The notes beneath the pieces are model-generated. The model worked only from the letters and a program-made list of their open reading frames with translations. It was not told the origin of the DNA and made no database searches. Positions 62,900 through 64,000 of a stretch of DNA of 64,000 bases are shown piece by piece. Source of the DNA: Desulfobacteraceae bacterium UBA2245 (GTDB lineage: Bacteria; Desulfobacterota; Desulfobacteria; Desulfobacterales; UBA2245); contig DDYB01000032.1 of NCBI GenBank assembly GCA_002347265.1, positions 86,850 through 150,849 on the forward strand, written 5' to 3'. The translations under genes and the position numbers were made by a program. The first letter of the stretch is position 1, and the number at the start of each line of letters is the position of its first letter.

Positions 62900-64000
62900 A
62901 TGGAAATTTCGCTGAAAGCGGAAATCGGGGGCAGGACCCTGAGCATCAAAACAGGCAAGATTGCCAAACAAGCTTCCGGCGCGGTCGTGGTTCAATACGG
63001 CGAAACCGTTGTTCTGGTTACCGTGGTGGCTGCAAATGAAGAAAGGACCGGCGTTGATTTTCTGCCGCTTTCCGTAGAGTATCAGGAAAAAATCTACGCC
63101 GCCGGCCGGATTCCCGGAAATTATTTCAGACGAGAGATTGGAAGGCCCAGTGAAAAGGAAACTTTGACCGCCCGCCTGATCGATCGCCCCATTCGTCCGC
63201 TTTTTCCAAAGGATTTCCGATGTGAAATTCAAGTTATCGCCACTGTCTTGTCCATGGATCAGGAAAACGATGCAGATACCCTGGCCATGGTCGGGGCTTC
63301 GGCGGCGCTTGAAATTTCGGATATTCCTTTCAGCGGTCCCGTCGCTACGGTGCGCGTCGGCCGTATCGACGGCAATTTCGTGATCAATCCGTTGATATCG
63401 GAACTGGATAAAAGCGACATCAACATCATCGTGGCCGGGTCCAAAAACGGAGTGGTGATGGTGGAAGGCGGCGCCGACATCGTGAGCGAGGCCGATTTGC
63501 TCGAGGCGATCTTTTTCGGGCACAATGCCATGCAGCCGCTGATCGAGATGCAGGAGAAGCTGAAGGAAAACATCGGGGTTCCCAAGCGGGTCCATGTGTC
63601 GGCCGAAAAAGATGCGGTTCTGGTAGAGAGGCTTGAATCCCTCGCTGCTGAAAGAATCCGTCGGACCATTATCTCCATACCCGGAAAAATCGATCGCCAG
63701 AAGGCCTTGCGTGCGCTCCGGGCGGAGATATTCGAGAGCCTGGGCGAAGAATACATGGACCGAAGGGGAGAGGTTTCCGGCATTCTGGAAGAGATTCAGA
63801 ACAAGGTCTGCCGCGCCCTGGTTCTCAAAGAGGGCCGGCGCATCGACAACAGAAGTTTTGACGAGATTCGGCCGATTGCATGCGAGGTGGGGATACTGCC
63901 CAGGCCCCATGGAAGCGCCCTGTTTACCCGCGGAGAAACCCAGGTCCTGGGCGTTTTGACGCTGGGGTCCGGTCCGGATGAACAGCGCGTGGAAACTCTC
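62900..64000 (+). CDS. pnp: Polyribonucleotide nucleotidyltransferase (3'-truncated; not in the supplied ORF list because no stop falls in the window)
   Basis: [74 protein letters not shown]; GGAG SD. Confidence 0.97.
   Translation, partial: MEISLKAEIGGRTLSIKTGKIAKQASGAVVVQYGETVVLVTVVAANEERTGVDFLPLSVEYQEKIYAAGRIPGNYFRREIGRPSEKETLTARLIDRPIRPLFPKDFRCEIQVIATVLSMDQENDADTLAMVGASAALEISDIPFSGPVATVRVGRIDGNFVINPLISELDKSDINIIVAGSKNGVVMVEGGADIVSEADLLEAIFFGHNAMQPLIEMQEKLKENIGVPKRVHVSAEKDAVLVERLESLAAERIRRTIISIPGKIDRQKALRALRAEIFESLGEEYMDRRGEVSGILEEIQNKVCRALVLKEGRRIDNRSFDEIRPIACEVGILPRPHGSALFTRGETQVLGVLTLGSGPDEQRVETL

Noticed and set aside
62888-63910. 340-aa minus-strand ORF and many other long antisense ORFs (e.g. 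3732-4523, 38022-39059, 52100-53341, 58363-59412)
   Set aside because: Shadows of well-supported genes on the opposite strand (pnp, mlaD, ntrX, pheT, infB); no motifs.

Overview
Core chromosomal window of a Desulfobacterota (deltaproteobacterial, Desulfobacterales-like) bacterium; the taxonomy is inferred from gene content. Left arm: purN (5'-truncated), a TraB-family protein, mlaEFD, a sigma54 two-component pair, a fur-feoA/feoA/feoB operon and an rdgC-like pair-dnaN-gyrB operon. At 17.6-18.0 kb is an AT-rich spacer with several DnaA-box-like 9-mers, a nearby parS site (19278) and an apparent switch in gene orientation and G/C skew. This is most likely oriC, but dnaA is not in the window. 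Next come an EndoQ-UvrD fusion, an Slt and a eukaryote-type UGPase. The only accessory region (23.8-32.1 kb) holds a decayed and an intact ISNCY-type element joined end to end, then two convergent genes for exported proteins: a Cys-rich Ig-repeat protein and an M11-like zinc metalloprotease. The protease leader carries a sigma54 promoter followed by a GEMM-I (c-di-GMP-I class) riboswitch. The right arm is housekeeping: comM, lpxC, DUF4390-ntrY-ntrX, rsmD-coaD-LysR, pcm, 5-formyl-THF cyclo-ligase, serS-thrC-LysM-pilF, infC-rpmI-rplT-pheST-merR, tRNA-Gly(CCC), rimP-nusA-infB-DUF503-rbfA-DHH-truB-rpsO-pnp (3'-truncated). No CRISPR array, rRNA or prophage was seen. All calls come from motif recognition by eye; no database search was run.
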